35,536 bases of DNA from Solirubrobacteraceae bacterium (GTDB lineage: Bacteria; Actinomycetota; Thermoleophilia; Solirubrobacterales; Solirubrobacteraceae): NCBI GenBank assembly GCA_035622255.1, contig DASPVR010000196.1:1-35536 (forward strand). The letters run 5' to 3'. The position numbers and the translations under genes were made by a program. The first letter of the stretch is position 1, and every line of letters starts with the position of its first letter. This document shows, in pieces, positions 26,325 through 35,536 of the stretch. Below the pieces are notes generated by a model that was given only the letters and a program-made list of their open reading frames with translations, did no database searches and was not told the origin of the DNA.

Positions 26325-28011
26325 CTATCTGGCGATGGCGAGGCGCTCGCACACGGAGCGCACGGCGCTCGAGCCCTCGCCAACCGCCGCCGCGACCCGC
26401 TTTACGGAGTCGCTGCGCACGTCCCCGACGGCGAACACACCGCTCACAGACGTCTCGAAGGAGACCGCGCGCCGCGCGCTGCGCTCCTCGGGCAGCTGGC
26501 GGTCGGTGAGGACGAAGCCCTTGCGATCGAGCAGCACGTCGTCCCTCAACCACTCGGTGACCGGGCGCGCGCCGATGAAGCAGAAAAGGCTCGCGCACGC
26601 GAGCGTGTCGAGCTTGCCCGTGGCGATGTTCTTCAGCGTCACCTGCTCGAGATGCTGCTCACCGGCGAGGCGCTGCACTTTCACGCCGGTGACGAGCTCG
26701 ATCTTGGGGTTGGCCCTCGATGCGCTCGATGAGGTAGTGCGACATCGTCTCCTCCAGGCCGTCGCGGCGCACCGCGATCTTCACGCGGCACTGGTTCTGG
26801 GCGAGGTAGATCGCGGCCCGCCCGGCTGAGTTGCCGCCGCCGCCGACAGCACCGAGGTTCCATCGCACAGGCGCGCCTCGAGATCGGTGGCGGCGTAGTA
26901 GACGCCCGTGCCCTCGAAGCGTTCGAGGTTCTCCACAGCCGGCCGCCGGTAGAGCGCTCCCGACGCGATGATGACCGCCCGCGCAGGGATCTCGCTGCCG
27001 TCTCCGAGCACGACGACGTGAAAGCTCGCCTCGGTTCGCAGACCGGCGACTTCGCAAGGGGCGTTCAGCTGGGCTCCCAGCCGCATCGCCTGCACGGCGG
27101 TCCGACCCGTCAGATCCCCGCCGGAGATGCCGTTCGGGAAACCGGCGTAGTTCTCTATGCGCGAGCTGCTCCCCGCCTGACCGCCGATCGCGACCGCGTC
27201 AAGCGCGACGGTGCGAAGCCCCTCAGAGGCCTCGTAGACGGCCGCCGCGAGGTCCGCCGGACCGCGCTGCCCACGACCACGAGGTCGAAGACGTAGCCCG
27301 GCGTCGGATGAAATGTCAGCCCAAGGTGCTCGGCGAACCTCGCCGTCGAGGGTCGCCGCAGCGTGCCGGTGGGCGTGATCACGGCCGGGATGTCGTCGTG
27401 GCGCAGCTCCAGGCCGGCCAGGAGGGCATCGGGTCGTCGCTGTCCTCGATGTCGATCCAGGCGCTCGCCAGGTGCGAGTGCTCGGCAAACGCGCGCAGGC
27501 TCATCGCCTCGGGCGAGTAGCGCGAGCCGACGATGCGCATCGCCTGTGCGCCCTGGCCCGAGCGCAGGATCTCGCGGCGGGCGAGGAGGGCGTTGAAGAT
27601 CTTTTCGCCGAGCGCCGGGCGAGCCCCGAGCAGGCGGCGAAACTCGGACTCTCGGACCACGAGCACGCTGCCCGCCACGGTCACGCGACAGCCAAGCAAG
27701 CGGCGCTGGCCGGTGAGCAGGTTGAGCTCACCGGCGAAACCGCCGGGTCCGTAGGAGGCGATCACGGGCGCGTCGGGGTCATCGAAGCGGGCGACCTCGG
27801 CCGCTCCCTCGAGCACCACGAACAGGTCGTAGGAGGCCTCGCCCGCCTCGAACAGCAGCTGCCCGACGTGCGTCGGGTGCTCGGTGCCGTATTCGCTGAT
27901 CACCGAGAGCTCTGACGGGCTCAGCACCAGGAACACCACGGCGTTGCGCTCGTCGCGCGAGCTCACATCCGCGGCGTCGGCCGCCTCGGTCTCGGTCGCA
28001 GCCTGCTGCAT
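26325..28011 (-). pseudogene. cNMP-binding domain + thioredoxin reductase-like flavoprotein, about 4 frameshifts
   Basis: cNMP domain (LFEAGE..DLFVVLEG..GELNLLTG); GGQAGSSSRIENYAGFPNGISG, GGGNSAG, GVFAVGDVRSDSVKRVAAAVGEG spread over different frames; shifts near 27431, 27265, 26848, 26716. Confidence 0.85.
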
Positions 28012-28027
28012 CGTGGCGCGCGGTCGA

Positions 28028-28276
28028 CTACTGCCAGTAGCGCTCAACGGTGTCCGACGAGCGCGCCGTCGCTCCGTCGGGGTCCGCGCCGGCCTCGCGC
28101 AGCGCCCGTCGCTGGCGCAGCAGATCCCAGCAGACGTCGAGCTCGACCTCGATCGCGCGCAGCCGCTGTGCGTCGGCCTCGAGCGCCTCGTCGTCGTCGC
28201 CGGCCTCGCGGCTGCGCAGCTCGTGCTCCTCGGTGACCAGACGGTCGATCCGCTGCGAGATGCTCTCATCACTCAT
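28028..28276 (-). CDS. DUF2630 family protein
   Basis: LVTEEHELR, ELDVCWDLLRQRRA, VERYWQ. Confidence 0.85.
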   Translation of the reverse strand: MSDESISQRIDRLVTEEHELRSREAGDDDEALEADAQRLRAIEVELDVCWDLLRQRRALREAGADPDGATARSSDTVERYWQ

Positions 28277-28325
28277 GCGGCGCATGCTACGCCTCCGCCT
28301 CGCCGCGCTGCGCTACGATCGCGCG

Positions 28326-28679
28326 GTGCCGCGTGCCCGAGCGCTCGTCGATGAGGTCGCCACCGAGCTGGACACGTGGCCCGGCGTGCACATCGAGCGC
28401 GAGCGCGACGGCCTCATGGTCGTGCGCTACGAGCAGCACGAGCTCGGCGTGCTCGACGAGGAGCGGGGCGTGGCGGAGCTTTACTTCGCCGATCCGCAGC
28501 GCGACGCGCTCGTCGAACACGGCGACGCGGAGCCCGCCAGCCCGCTGCGGGACGGCGAGAACGTCATCCACAACGTGCGCGGCCCGTCAGACATCACCGC
28601 CGTGCTCGAGCTGTTCGATCGTCGCTACCGCGACCTTCGGGGCGAGGGCGGCCCCTACAGCTCGAGCGACCCGGGCTGA
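28326..28679 (+). CDS. DUF5519/luciferase-domain-like small protein (divergent)
   Basis: TWPGV...ELG..., RDALVEHGDAEP, LELF..RY spacing; -10 TACGAT before GTG. Confidence 0.55.
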   Translation: MPRARALVDEVATELDTWPGVHIERERDGLMVVRYEQHELGVLDEERGVAELYFADPQRDALVEHGDAEPASPLRDGENVIHNVRGPSDITAVLELFDRRYRDLRGEGGPYSSSDPG

Positions 28680-28721
28680 GCCATCGGCGCCAGCGGACGC
28701 CTCCGCGCCCAGACGCCGGCG

Positions 28722-29306
28722 TTAGACCTGTCGCGCCAGCTCGCCCTCGGCCGCTTGGCGCGGCGCCTCTGGTCCGCGCGCCTCGTCCAGCAGCTCGGTG
28801 AGGATCGAGTCGAGCTCGAGCTCCTGCTCGCGCTCGGCGAGCGCCCCATCGGGGTCGAACGCCTCGTCGGCGCCCGCCACTGGCAGTTCGCGATCGATCA
28901 AGCGCGCACCGGCCGTCGCGAGCGCCTTGCGAAGCTCGGCCTGCGCCCACACGGCACCGAATATGCCGGTGCTCGCGCCGATCACCGCCGCGGGCTTGTT
29001 ACGTAGCGCAGCGCTCTCGATCGGGCGAGAGGCCCAGTCGACGGCGTTCTTGAGCTGGCCGGGTATCGAGGCGTTGTACTCGGGCGTCGCGAACAGCAGC
29101 GCGTCGGCCCCAGCGAGCACCTCGCGCCAGCGCGACACCGCCGGCCCAGGGGCGGGCTCGTCGTCCTCGTCGAAGGGCGGGATGTCCTTGAGCCCGTCGA
29201 ACAGCACGAACTCGGCGTCGGGCGACAGCAGACCTGCCGCCGCCCGAAGCAGTCGCCGGTTGTGGGAGTCGCGCCGCAGCGATCCCGAGATCCCGAGGAC
29301 CTGCAT
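28722..29306 (-). CDS. NADPH-dependent FMN reductase
   Basis: GSLRRDSHN, TPEYNASIPGQLKNAVDWASRP. Confidence 0.93.
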   Translation of the reverse strand: MQVLGISGSLRRDSHNRRLLRAAAGLLSPDAEFVLFDGLKDIPPFDEDDEPAPGPAVSRWREVLAGADALLFATPEYNASIPGQLKNAVDWASRPIESAALRNKPAAVIGASTGIFGAVWAQAELRKALATAGARLIDRELPVAGADEAFDPDGALAEREQELELDSILTELLDEARGPEAPRQAAEGELARQV

Positions 29307-29308
29307 CG

Positions 29309-29869
29309 CTAGGCCTCCGCCTGTGCGAGCTCGAGCTCGACGATCAGGCGCACGTCGTTGGCCAGTGCCACCCCGCCGCTGGGGAGCGGTGCATTGAAGC
29401 TGAGGCCGTACTCGGTGCGATCGATGGCGGCCTCGAGCGTGATCCCGACCTTGATGGCCCCGCCGAGCGTCTCGGTCGGGTCGGTGATGCTGCCGCGCGC
29501 CCGCACCGGGTGGGTGTGGTCCTTGATCGTGAGCTCGCCGTCTGCGATCAGCTCGTCCCCGTCGCGCGTCAGCGATTGGGCGACGTAGCGCAGCTCGGGG
29601 TAGCGCTCGGTGTCGAAGAACTCGGGCGAGCCGAGGTGGGCCTTGAGGTTGTCGTCTTTGACGACGATCGAGTCGGCGCGCACGGCCCCGACCAGCTCGC
29701 CGGCGCCATCCTCGCCTACCGTGAGGGTGGCGTCGAAGTCCTCGAAGCGGCCGCGAAACATCGAGACGCCCATGTGCTTGACCGCGAAACCGGCGGTGGA
29801 GTGTGTCGGGTCGAGCTTCCAGGTGCCGACTGGCAGCTGGGTGGCGGTGGCTACAGCTGTTGATGACAT
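29309..29869 (-). CDS. YceI family protein
   Basis: WKLDPTHS, FAVKHMG, HLGSPEFFD, IDRTEYGL. Confidence 0.92.
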   Translation of the reverse strand: MSSTAVATATQLPVGTWKLDPTHSTAGFAVKHMGVSMFRGRFEDFDATLTVGEDGAGELVGAVRADSIVVKDDNLKAHLGSPEFFDTERYPELRYVAQSLTRDGDELIADGELTIKDHTHPVRARGSITDPTETLGGAIKVGITLEAAIDRTEYGLSFNAPLPSGGVALANDVRLIVELELAQAEA

Positions 29870-29905
29870 GCGATGCTCCTTCTATCGAGTAGTCCAGGAT
29901 CTATT

Positions 29906-29955
29906 CGGACCCTAGTCCGCTATCAGCTACCATAACACAAGTGGACCGTAGTCCG
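29906..29955. promoter_or_regulatory. Two TetR operators, (C/T)GGAC-N4-GTCCG
   Basis: cggaccctagtccg 29906-29919 and tggaccgtagtccg 29942-29955 in the divergent yceI/tetR spacer. Confidence 0.75.
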
Positions 29956-29985
29956 GAAACTTCCAAGGAAACTCCCAAGGCACCT

Positions 29986-30600
29986 ATGGGCTTTACCCAG
30001 CATGGGCTTGCGCTATTGCCCCTGCTCGAGCCCGCGCGACCTGAGCGCGCCGACGCCGCGCGCAACCGCAACGCGATCATGTGCGCCGCGGCGCGGCTCG
30101 TAGCCGAGCGCGGGGTCGACTGCGTGACGATGGACGAGGTGGCCGGCGCGGCGGGCGTGGGCAAGGGAACGCTCTTTCGCCGCTTCGGCGATCGGATCGG
30201 CCTGCTGCGAGCGCTCCTGGACGAGCGCGAGAAGGACTTCCAGGAAGAGTTCATCCGCGGCGAGCCGCCGCTCGGCCCGGGCGCCCCGGTGTGCGAGCGC
30301 CTGATCGCCTTCGGCGAGCGGGCGCTGGACGAGATCGAGCTACAGGGCGATCTGATGGTCGAGGCCGAGGCGGGTGCGCCGGGCGAACGCCTGTTGCACA
30401 ACGTCTACGGCGCCCATCGCGCCCACGTCGCCGCCCTCGTTCGCGAGCTGTTGCCGGGTGCCGACAGCGACTACATCGCCGACGCCCTGCTCGGCACGCT
30501 CGCCGCCGAAGTGGTCATCTATCAGCGCCGCGCGCTCGGCATGCCGCTGCAGCGCCTCAAGGACGGCTGGCGAGCGCTGCTCGACGGCTTGTCCCGCTGA
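29986..30600 (+). CDS. TetR/AcrR family regulator
   Basis: ERADAARNR, VTMDEVAGAAGVGKGTLFRRFGDR, GEPPLGPG. Confidence 0.92.
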   Translation: MGFTQHGLALLPLLEPARPERADAARNRNAIMCAAARLVAERGVDCVTMDEVAGAAGVGKGTLFRRFGDRIGLLRALLDEREKDFQEEFIRGEPPLGPGAPVCERLIAFGERALDEIELQGDLMVEAEAGAPGERLLHNVYGAHRAHVAALVRELLPGADSDYIADALLGTLAAEVVIYQRRALGMPLQRLKDGWRALLDGLSR

Positions 30601-30680
30601 CTCGCAACGCGGCGGCTGACGTTTGCAATCCGCCGAGGCGGGTACGTCACACGCGGATGCGGGGAGCGGGCACGCGGTCA

Positions 30681-32289
30681 ATGAGAGGGCGGCTGGTCGT
30701 TGATGGGCGCCGGATCGTGTGCCGACCGCGCGCGCTCACCTCGCAGATGCTCGGCGTCGCGGGCGCGCTGGCCTTGTGCGTAGCGGTCGTGGCAGTCGGC
30801 GCGCCGCCGGCAGCAGGCGCAACGGCATCCGCGACCAGCACCCCCGCCCCCGCGCCGCCGAGCGAATATCCCGAACCGCCGAGCGAATTCAACCCGCTGG
30901 TGGAGGCCGAGAACTTCTCGATCATCGAGCAGCGCCAGAAAATCTACGACACCCCCGAATACCAGGCGCAGCTCACAGAGCAGAGCCTGCTCAACAATGA
31001 GGAAGCGCTGAGCGAACAGGCGGACGACCCCGACGGATGTTCAGCGACGACCTGTGCGCCAACGGCGGCAACGGCTGCGCCGGCGACGTGCTCCTGTACC
31101 ACTGGGAAGCTGACGGCGACGGGATCGTGCGTCACGTGCTGTTCACCTCGCGCGGCGGGGCGACGCTGTCGGGCCGCGTGTGGGCAACGGTGAACGGCCC
31201 GGCGAAACGACCCGGCGTGGTGATCACGAACGGTTCGGTGCAGGCCGACGAACAGATGTACTGGTACGCGGCCCAGACGCTGGCGAAGGACGGCTACATC
31301 GTGCTGACGTTCGACCCCCAGGGTCAGGGGCGCAGCGACACGTTCGGGCAGGCGCCCGACGAAGACGAAGGCTTCCCGGCGCAGACCGACGGGCGCCCGT
31401 TCTACGACGGCGCCGAGGACGCCCTGAACTTCTTCCTGTCGACACCAAGCCACCCCTACGAGCCGGTGCCGAGCTGTGAAACGGGCACGAGCCACGCGGC
31501 CAAGCAGAACGAACGCGTGGCAAAGGGCCTGGACGCGGCCTACAACCCGCTGTGGCACCTACTCGACAGCAACGAGATCGGCCTCGCGGGCCACTCCTAT
31601 GGCGCGGTGGGCGTGTCCTACATCGCGCAGTGGGACCCGCGCGTGAAGGCGGCGGTGGCGTGGGACAACCTCGGCCCACCGTCCCCCGAAGGCGCCGAAG
31701 TGCCCGGCGGCGCGCCCGGATCGACGATGACGATCGGCGAGAAGGGCTGCCCCGCCGACCCGACCGCACGACGGTGCCGATCACAAAGCCCGGCCTGGGA
31801 TTCTCGGCCGACTACGGCCTGCCGCCCGCCCCGAACACCTCCTTGCCCAACCCGCTGGGCAAGTCCAAAGAGTCGCTTGCGTACTCCCAAGCCGGCGTGG
31901 ACAGCGGCGAGATCGTCATCCGCGGTGGCTCGCACCTGGACTTCAGCTTCATCCCCAACCAGGCCTTCGGCGCCTCGCTGCGGGGAGCGGACATGGTGGA
32001 CTGGTACACGAGCGCGTGGTTCGACAAGTACCTAAAGCACGAACGCTCAGCCGACAAACGGCTGCTGACCAACCGCTGGCGCGAGGAACCGCTCGTGGCC
32101 GAAGTCGACCCCAACGGCGACGGCAACGCGTTCTCCTTCTACTACCTGTCGCGGCTCGACATCCATCTGGCAAACGGCGAAAAGTGGGATTGCGAGAACC
32201 TGCGCAAAGGGTGCGCGGGGATAACGTCGGGCGACGGGTACCAGGGCGTGTACTCCTACGCGGCGATCGACAACACGCCGGAACCGTGA
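30681..32289 (+). CDS. Secreted alpha/beta hydrolase, frameshifts near 31033 and 31760
   Basis: Signal-like N-terminus; GYIVLTFDPQGQGRS, GHSYG elbow, GGSHLDF; three ORFs join into one reading. Confidence 0.8.
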
Positions 32290-32291
32290 GG

Positions 32292-32356
32292 CCGGCGTTC
32301 ATCACCAGCGCCGTGCTGCCAGTCGACGGAGGCCAGCTGGCACGAATCGGTGGCTC
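32292..32356 (+). pseudogene. C-terminal relic of an SDR gene
   Basis: Translates as AFITSAVLPVDGGQLARIG (SDR C-terminal ITG..L.VDGG motif) with no upstream SDR body. Confidence 0.55.
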
Positions 32357-32444
32357 ACAAGCACGAACACGCCTCAGTGCTCATGCTGGTCTTGGCGGTG
32401 GCGTTGGGCCCGTCAAGCGGGCCCGTCGGTCAACCCGGCGGTCT

Positions 32445-33191
32445 TCAGGTGTAATGGTCCGGCGCATGCCTGAGCTGCGACCAGTTGTCCGGATCGTGTC
32501 CGAAGACGACCAGCGAACCCGTTTCACTCGCGACTTCCCGAAGACGTTCAAGCGACTGCTTTGCACCCTCGCGTGAATAGAGCGCGCGCGGCGGTCGCTG
32601 TCCGTCCCACTGTGGAAGATTGTCCGCGGCGTCCGCGGTGAGCAGGACTGGGCCGGTCTCGTCCAGTTGAAGCAACAGCGACATGTGGCCTGCCGAATGG
32701 CCCGGCGTCGGCAGTAGTCGAATTGCCCCGTCGGCGAAGAGATCCAGCTCGCCTTCGACCGGCTGCCAATCAAGTCCGGCTTTATCGAAGTCCTCGCGGG
32801 CATATCCGTGGGCCTGAGGCGGCTCGGCCACGCGAGCAGCATCGAGCTCTCGTGCCTGCACGATCACGGTCGCATCGGGAAAGTGGCCAAGCGCGCCCGT
32901 GTGGTCGATGTGAAGGTGGGTCTGAACGAGGTGGCGGACCGACTTCGGCGCGATGCCGAGCCCGTGCAGCTGGGTGGCGCAGTGCTGCTCCTCGGTCATC
33001 CGAACACGGAAGTGGTCAGCGAGGGCGCCCCAGTGACCGCGAGCGTCTCGCGCGACGGCGAGCGGATTGCCACCGTCGACCACGATGTCGCCCTCTGCGT
33101 GACGGATCAAGAAGAACGGCACGGGCACCTCGACCCCGCCGACCTCGAGCGTGCCGCTGCTGAACAAGTGGAGCATGACACGCGCCGGCAC
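32445..33191 (-). CDS. N-acyl homoserine lactonase family (AiiA/AttM-like) metallo-beta-lactamase
   Basis: THLHIDHTG, TPGHSAGHMS, LTADA, FGHD; -10 TACGAT 6 nt before GTG. Confidence 0.88.
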   Translation of the reverse strand: MPARVMLHLFSSGTLEVGGVEVPVPFFLIRHAEGDIVVDGGNPLAVARDARGHWGALADHFRVRMTEEQHCATQLHGLGIAPKSVRHLVQTHLHIDHTGALGHFPDATVIVQARELDAARVAEPPQAHGYAREDFDKAGLDWQPVEGELDLFADGAIRLLPTPGHSAGHMSLLLQLDETGPVLLTADAADNLPQWDGQRPPRALYSREGAKQSLERLREVASETGSLVVFGHDPDNWSQLRHAPDHYT

Positions 33192-33426
33192 GCTCAAATC
33201 GTACGCAGAGCTTGGGAGGCCGTGCTTCGCGAGCCGCGGGTCGCCTGCCTCGCTGGAGGCCAGCGAGGTCCTCGAATTGGTACGAAACTTGAACCGGGCC
33301 TAATTGGTGAGATTTAGGTGCGTCGTGAATGTCCGTGACCTCGCCCCCCAGCCACAGATGTCTCAACGCGCTCTCTAGCCCTGTGCTGGGCGATGTCGCG
33401 CGACGAAAGTAGCCTCGAGTCAACCG

Positions 33427-34182
33427 ATGGCCCGCGTGGAGCAAATCGACCTCAACCAACGGCGCTCCCTCGGCGGGATTCTGGTCGCGACCGCAAGTCT
33501 CTATCGCAGCTTCCCGCTGTTGTTCGCGCTCCTCGCACTGGCGGTGATGGCGCCTTACGAGCTGGCGGTGCTGGCGATCACAGGCTATGGCCCGCTGAGA
33601 CACGCTCACGAACCCGCCGGGATTCACTGGCTGCTCCTGTTGGCGAGAGCCTCGCTGATCACGCCCTTGGTCTCGGCCCTTCACATGCAGGCCGTCGTAG
33701 CGATCGGGGAGGGCAAGCGACCACGGCTCGGGTCCGTCGCTCTGTCCGGAGTCCGAGTGCTCCCGGTCGTGGCCGCCGCCGAGATCATGGCGACCATCGG
33801 TATCACCCTGGGCTTCATCGCCTTCATCATTCCGGGTGTCTTCCTCACGTTGCGCTGGGCCGTGGTGGCGCAGGCCGCATCGCTGGAGCACGAAGGATGG
33901 CTCGCCGCCCTGCGGAGCAGCCAGCATTTGACGGCCACGCACTATCGGCTCGTCTTTGCGCTCGTGCTTCTGGTCGACCTCGTCGCGGCCGCAGTGCATT
34001 TCGGGGCCCGGCTGCTCCCGCTGGGAAGCACCTCGGGTGCCGTTTCTGTAGCGGTGGGCATTGGGATCGATACCCTGATCGCGTCGCTTAGCGCGCTTAC
34101 TCTGGCCGTCCTCTATTTCGATCTTCGAGCGTACTCGGACGCAGCTCGATCGACCGAGCGTATGCCTCGGGCCCGCGTCTGA
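33427..34182 (+). CDS. Integral membrane hypothetical protein
   Basis: About 6 TM segments; FIIPGVFLTLRW, ALRSSQHLT, VLYFDLR. Confidence 0.75.
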   Translation: MARVEQIDLNQRRSLGGILVATASLYRSFPLLFALLALAVMAPYELAVLAITGYGPLRHAHEPAGIHWLLLLARASLITPLVSALHMQAVVAIGEGKRPRLGSVALSGVRVLPVVAAAEIMATIGITLGFIAFIIPGVFLTLRWAVVAQAASLEHEGWLAALRSSQHLTATHYRLVFALVLLVDLVAAAVHFGARLLPLGSTSGAVSVAVGIGIDTLIASLSALTLAVLYFDLRAYSDAARSTERMPRARV

Positions 34183-34197
34183 ACTCCTCTTTCTCGT

Positions 34198-34488
34198 ATT
34201 GGTACCTTCCTTAAACCGCGAGGGGACCCATTGGTACCCGCGCGACGACCTTATGACCTTTGAGCCAGCGACTTGTCCGCTCGAGTGCTGCTCCCCGCCT
34301 CCTCATAGCTCGATGGTCGCGCTAAGGTGCAGGAGCACGTCGAGGCGCTGCGACATGCCACTCCCGCCTTCAACGGTCAGCCAGGCATTTTGAGTCCGCC
34401 GTGCAATCCGTGCGTGTGGGCGCGATGTTGCCGCGCCCAATGCGCTTAGCCAACCCGCGAAACTCGATGCGCTCGAGAAATTGGTACC
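34198..34488 (+). repeat. Dispersed ATTGGTACC repeats
   Basis: Copies at 34198, 34230 and 34480; variant ATTGGTACG at 33276. Confidence 0.6.
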
Positions 34489-34523
34489 CCCGGTGCGCGA
34501 AAGCGACGCCTACCGAGCCAAAC

Positions 34524-34553
34524 GAAAAGGCCCACAGAGATGCGGGCATTTTC
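34524..34553 (-). terminator. Terminator-like hairpin downstream of the tRNA fragment
   Basis: GAAAATGCCCGC-ATCTCT-GTGGGCCTTTTC. Confidence 0.55.
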
Positions 34554-34558
34554 TGAGA

Positions 34559-34600
<42 letters not shown>

Positions 34601-34685
34601 GGGGATTAGGGGGGTATCGGTGGTCGTAGATTTGGCTTGCTAGAGCCATTCTTGTGTGTTGCGGTATCCCCCGGTCTTGCTCAAA

Positions 34686-34707
34686 TTGCACCCCGATTTG
34701 CACCCCG
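34686..34707 (+). repeat. TTGCACCCCG direct repeat, putative integrase arm-type sites
   Basis: 34686-34695 and 34698-34707, about 85 bp from the att core. Confidence 0.65.
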
Positions 34708-34940
34708 CTCCGGACCTCGGGCGGGCACGCTCGCTTCTCTTCGAAGAGGAAGCCCGAGCTCGGCGCCTCGTGCGGGCGACTGCATCTCGTCCGATCCGAG
34801 AGCGCGACCCGTCCTCACGGTCGCGCCTCCTCTTGCCCCAAAGCACAAGCCTGGAGGGCGTGCTACCCCCAGGAGCGGCAGGGCCTTCAGAAGGCGGCTG
34901 GAAGGGCGATCGAGCCCCCGTCGGGCATACTGGCCGGGAG

Positions 34941-35378
34941 ATGACCGAGGAGCCCACGACGCCCGACCCGGTTGAGCTTGTGCGCAAGCAGGCTGAGGAT
35001 GCGAATCGCCGCGATATCGATGCGATGATGAGCAGCTTCGCTGTGGATGCGGTCTTTGAGGGGCGGGCGCTGGGGGACGTCTTCGAAGGCCGGACGGCGA
35101 TTCGTGCCTTCATTGAGGGCTGGTTCGGAATGTATGAGGAATTGGAGGTCGAGCTTGAGGAGGTCCATGAACTCGGCAACGGAGTTGTGTTTGCTGTGGT
35201 CCTCCAGGAGGCTCAGCCTGTGGGCATCGCCGGCCACGTTCGGCAGAGGGAGGGGTGGGTCTACGTCTGGGCGGGAGGGTCGATCGCTCGCGTGACGGTC
35301 TACGACGTCGACCAAGGCCGCGCAGCCGCCGAACGCCTCGCAGCGGAGCCGGGGGGTAAGCGCCCCGAGTTTCGCTAG
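34941..35378 (+). CDS. SnoaL-like / NTF2 family protein
   Basis: ANRRDIDAMMSSFAVDAVF, FEGRTAIRAF, GGSIARV. Confidence 0.85.
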   Translation: MTEEPTTPDPVELVRKQAEDANRRDIDAMMSSFAVDAVFEGRALGDVFEGRTAIRAFIEGWFGMYEELEVELEEVHELGNGVVFAVVLQEAQPVGIAGHVRQREGWVYVWAGGSIARVTVYDVDQGRAAAERLAAEPGGKRPEFR

Positions 35379-35396
35379 CTGTTTCGCTAGACCCTC

Positions 35397-35536
35397 CTAG
35401 TACTACTTTGTTAGGTTCACTCATTCTGGCGGTGGCGGTGAAGTGAGAAGTGGTGGAGGTCGACGGGCCGCCGACAGGTTTGGCAGCGACCGGTGAAGCA
35501 CTTGAGGACGGGCTGCAGGACGAGCACCGCGCGTGG
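35397..35536 (-). mobile_element. Right end of an IS701-family insertion sequence (partial)
   Basis: Terminus ACCTAACAAAGTAGTA followed by CTAG target; minus-strand reading 35536-35417 ...VLQPVLKCFTGRCQTCRRP... resembles the Cys-rich tail of IS701 transposases. Confidence 0.7.

Overview
High-GC actinobacterial DNA. Gene content and the many leaderless starts suggest Thermoleophilia/Solirubrobacterales (inference). About 40 genes: lipid/CoA metabolism (thiolase, TetR, P1 peptidase, PaaI), tRNA-Ser(GGA), a coupled UbiE-like methyltransferase + UbiA-like membrane gene pair, ArsR-SRPBCC, a DrrAB-type ABC exporter, lgt, SRAP, two diguanylate cyclases, a DD-carboxypeptidase, MFS/MarR, a family 1 encapsulin with a divergent ferritin-like cargo, two large secreted alpha/beta hydrolases, a DUF2630/cNMP-TrxB/FHA cluster and TetR/YceI/FMN reductase. 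The right end (from about 32290) looks like an accessory region: an SDR relic, an AHL-lactonase-family gene, the 3' half of tRNA-fMet (att site) flanked by two families of arm-like repeats, a SnoaL gene and the end of an IS701-family element. Several genes carry frameshifts (sequencing errors or decay). Best leads: the atypical EncFtn/encapsulin, the UbiA-like/UbiE-like pair, a candidate three-way-junction RNA at 23240-23291, and the tandem att junction at tRNA-fMet. All family calls are by eye from motifs; no searches were run.
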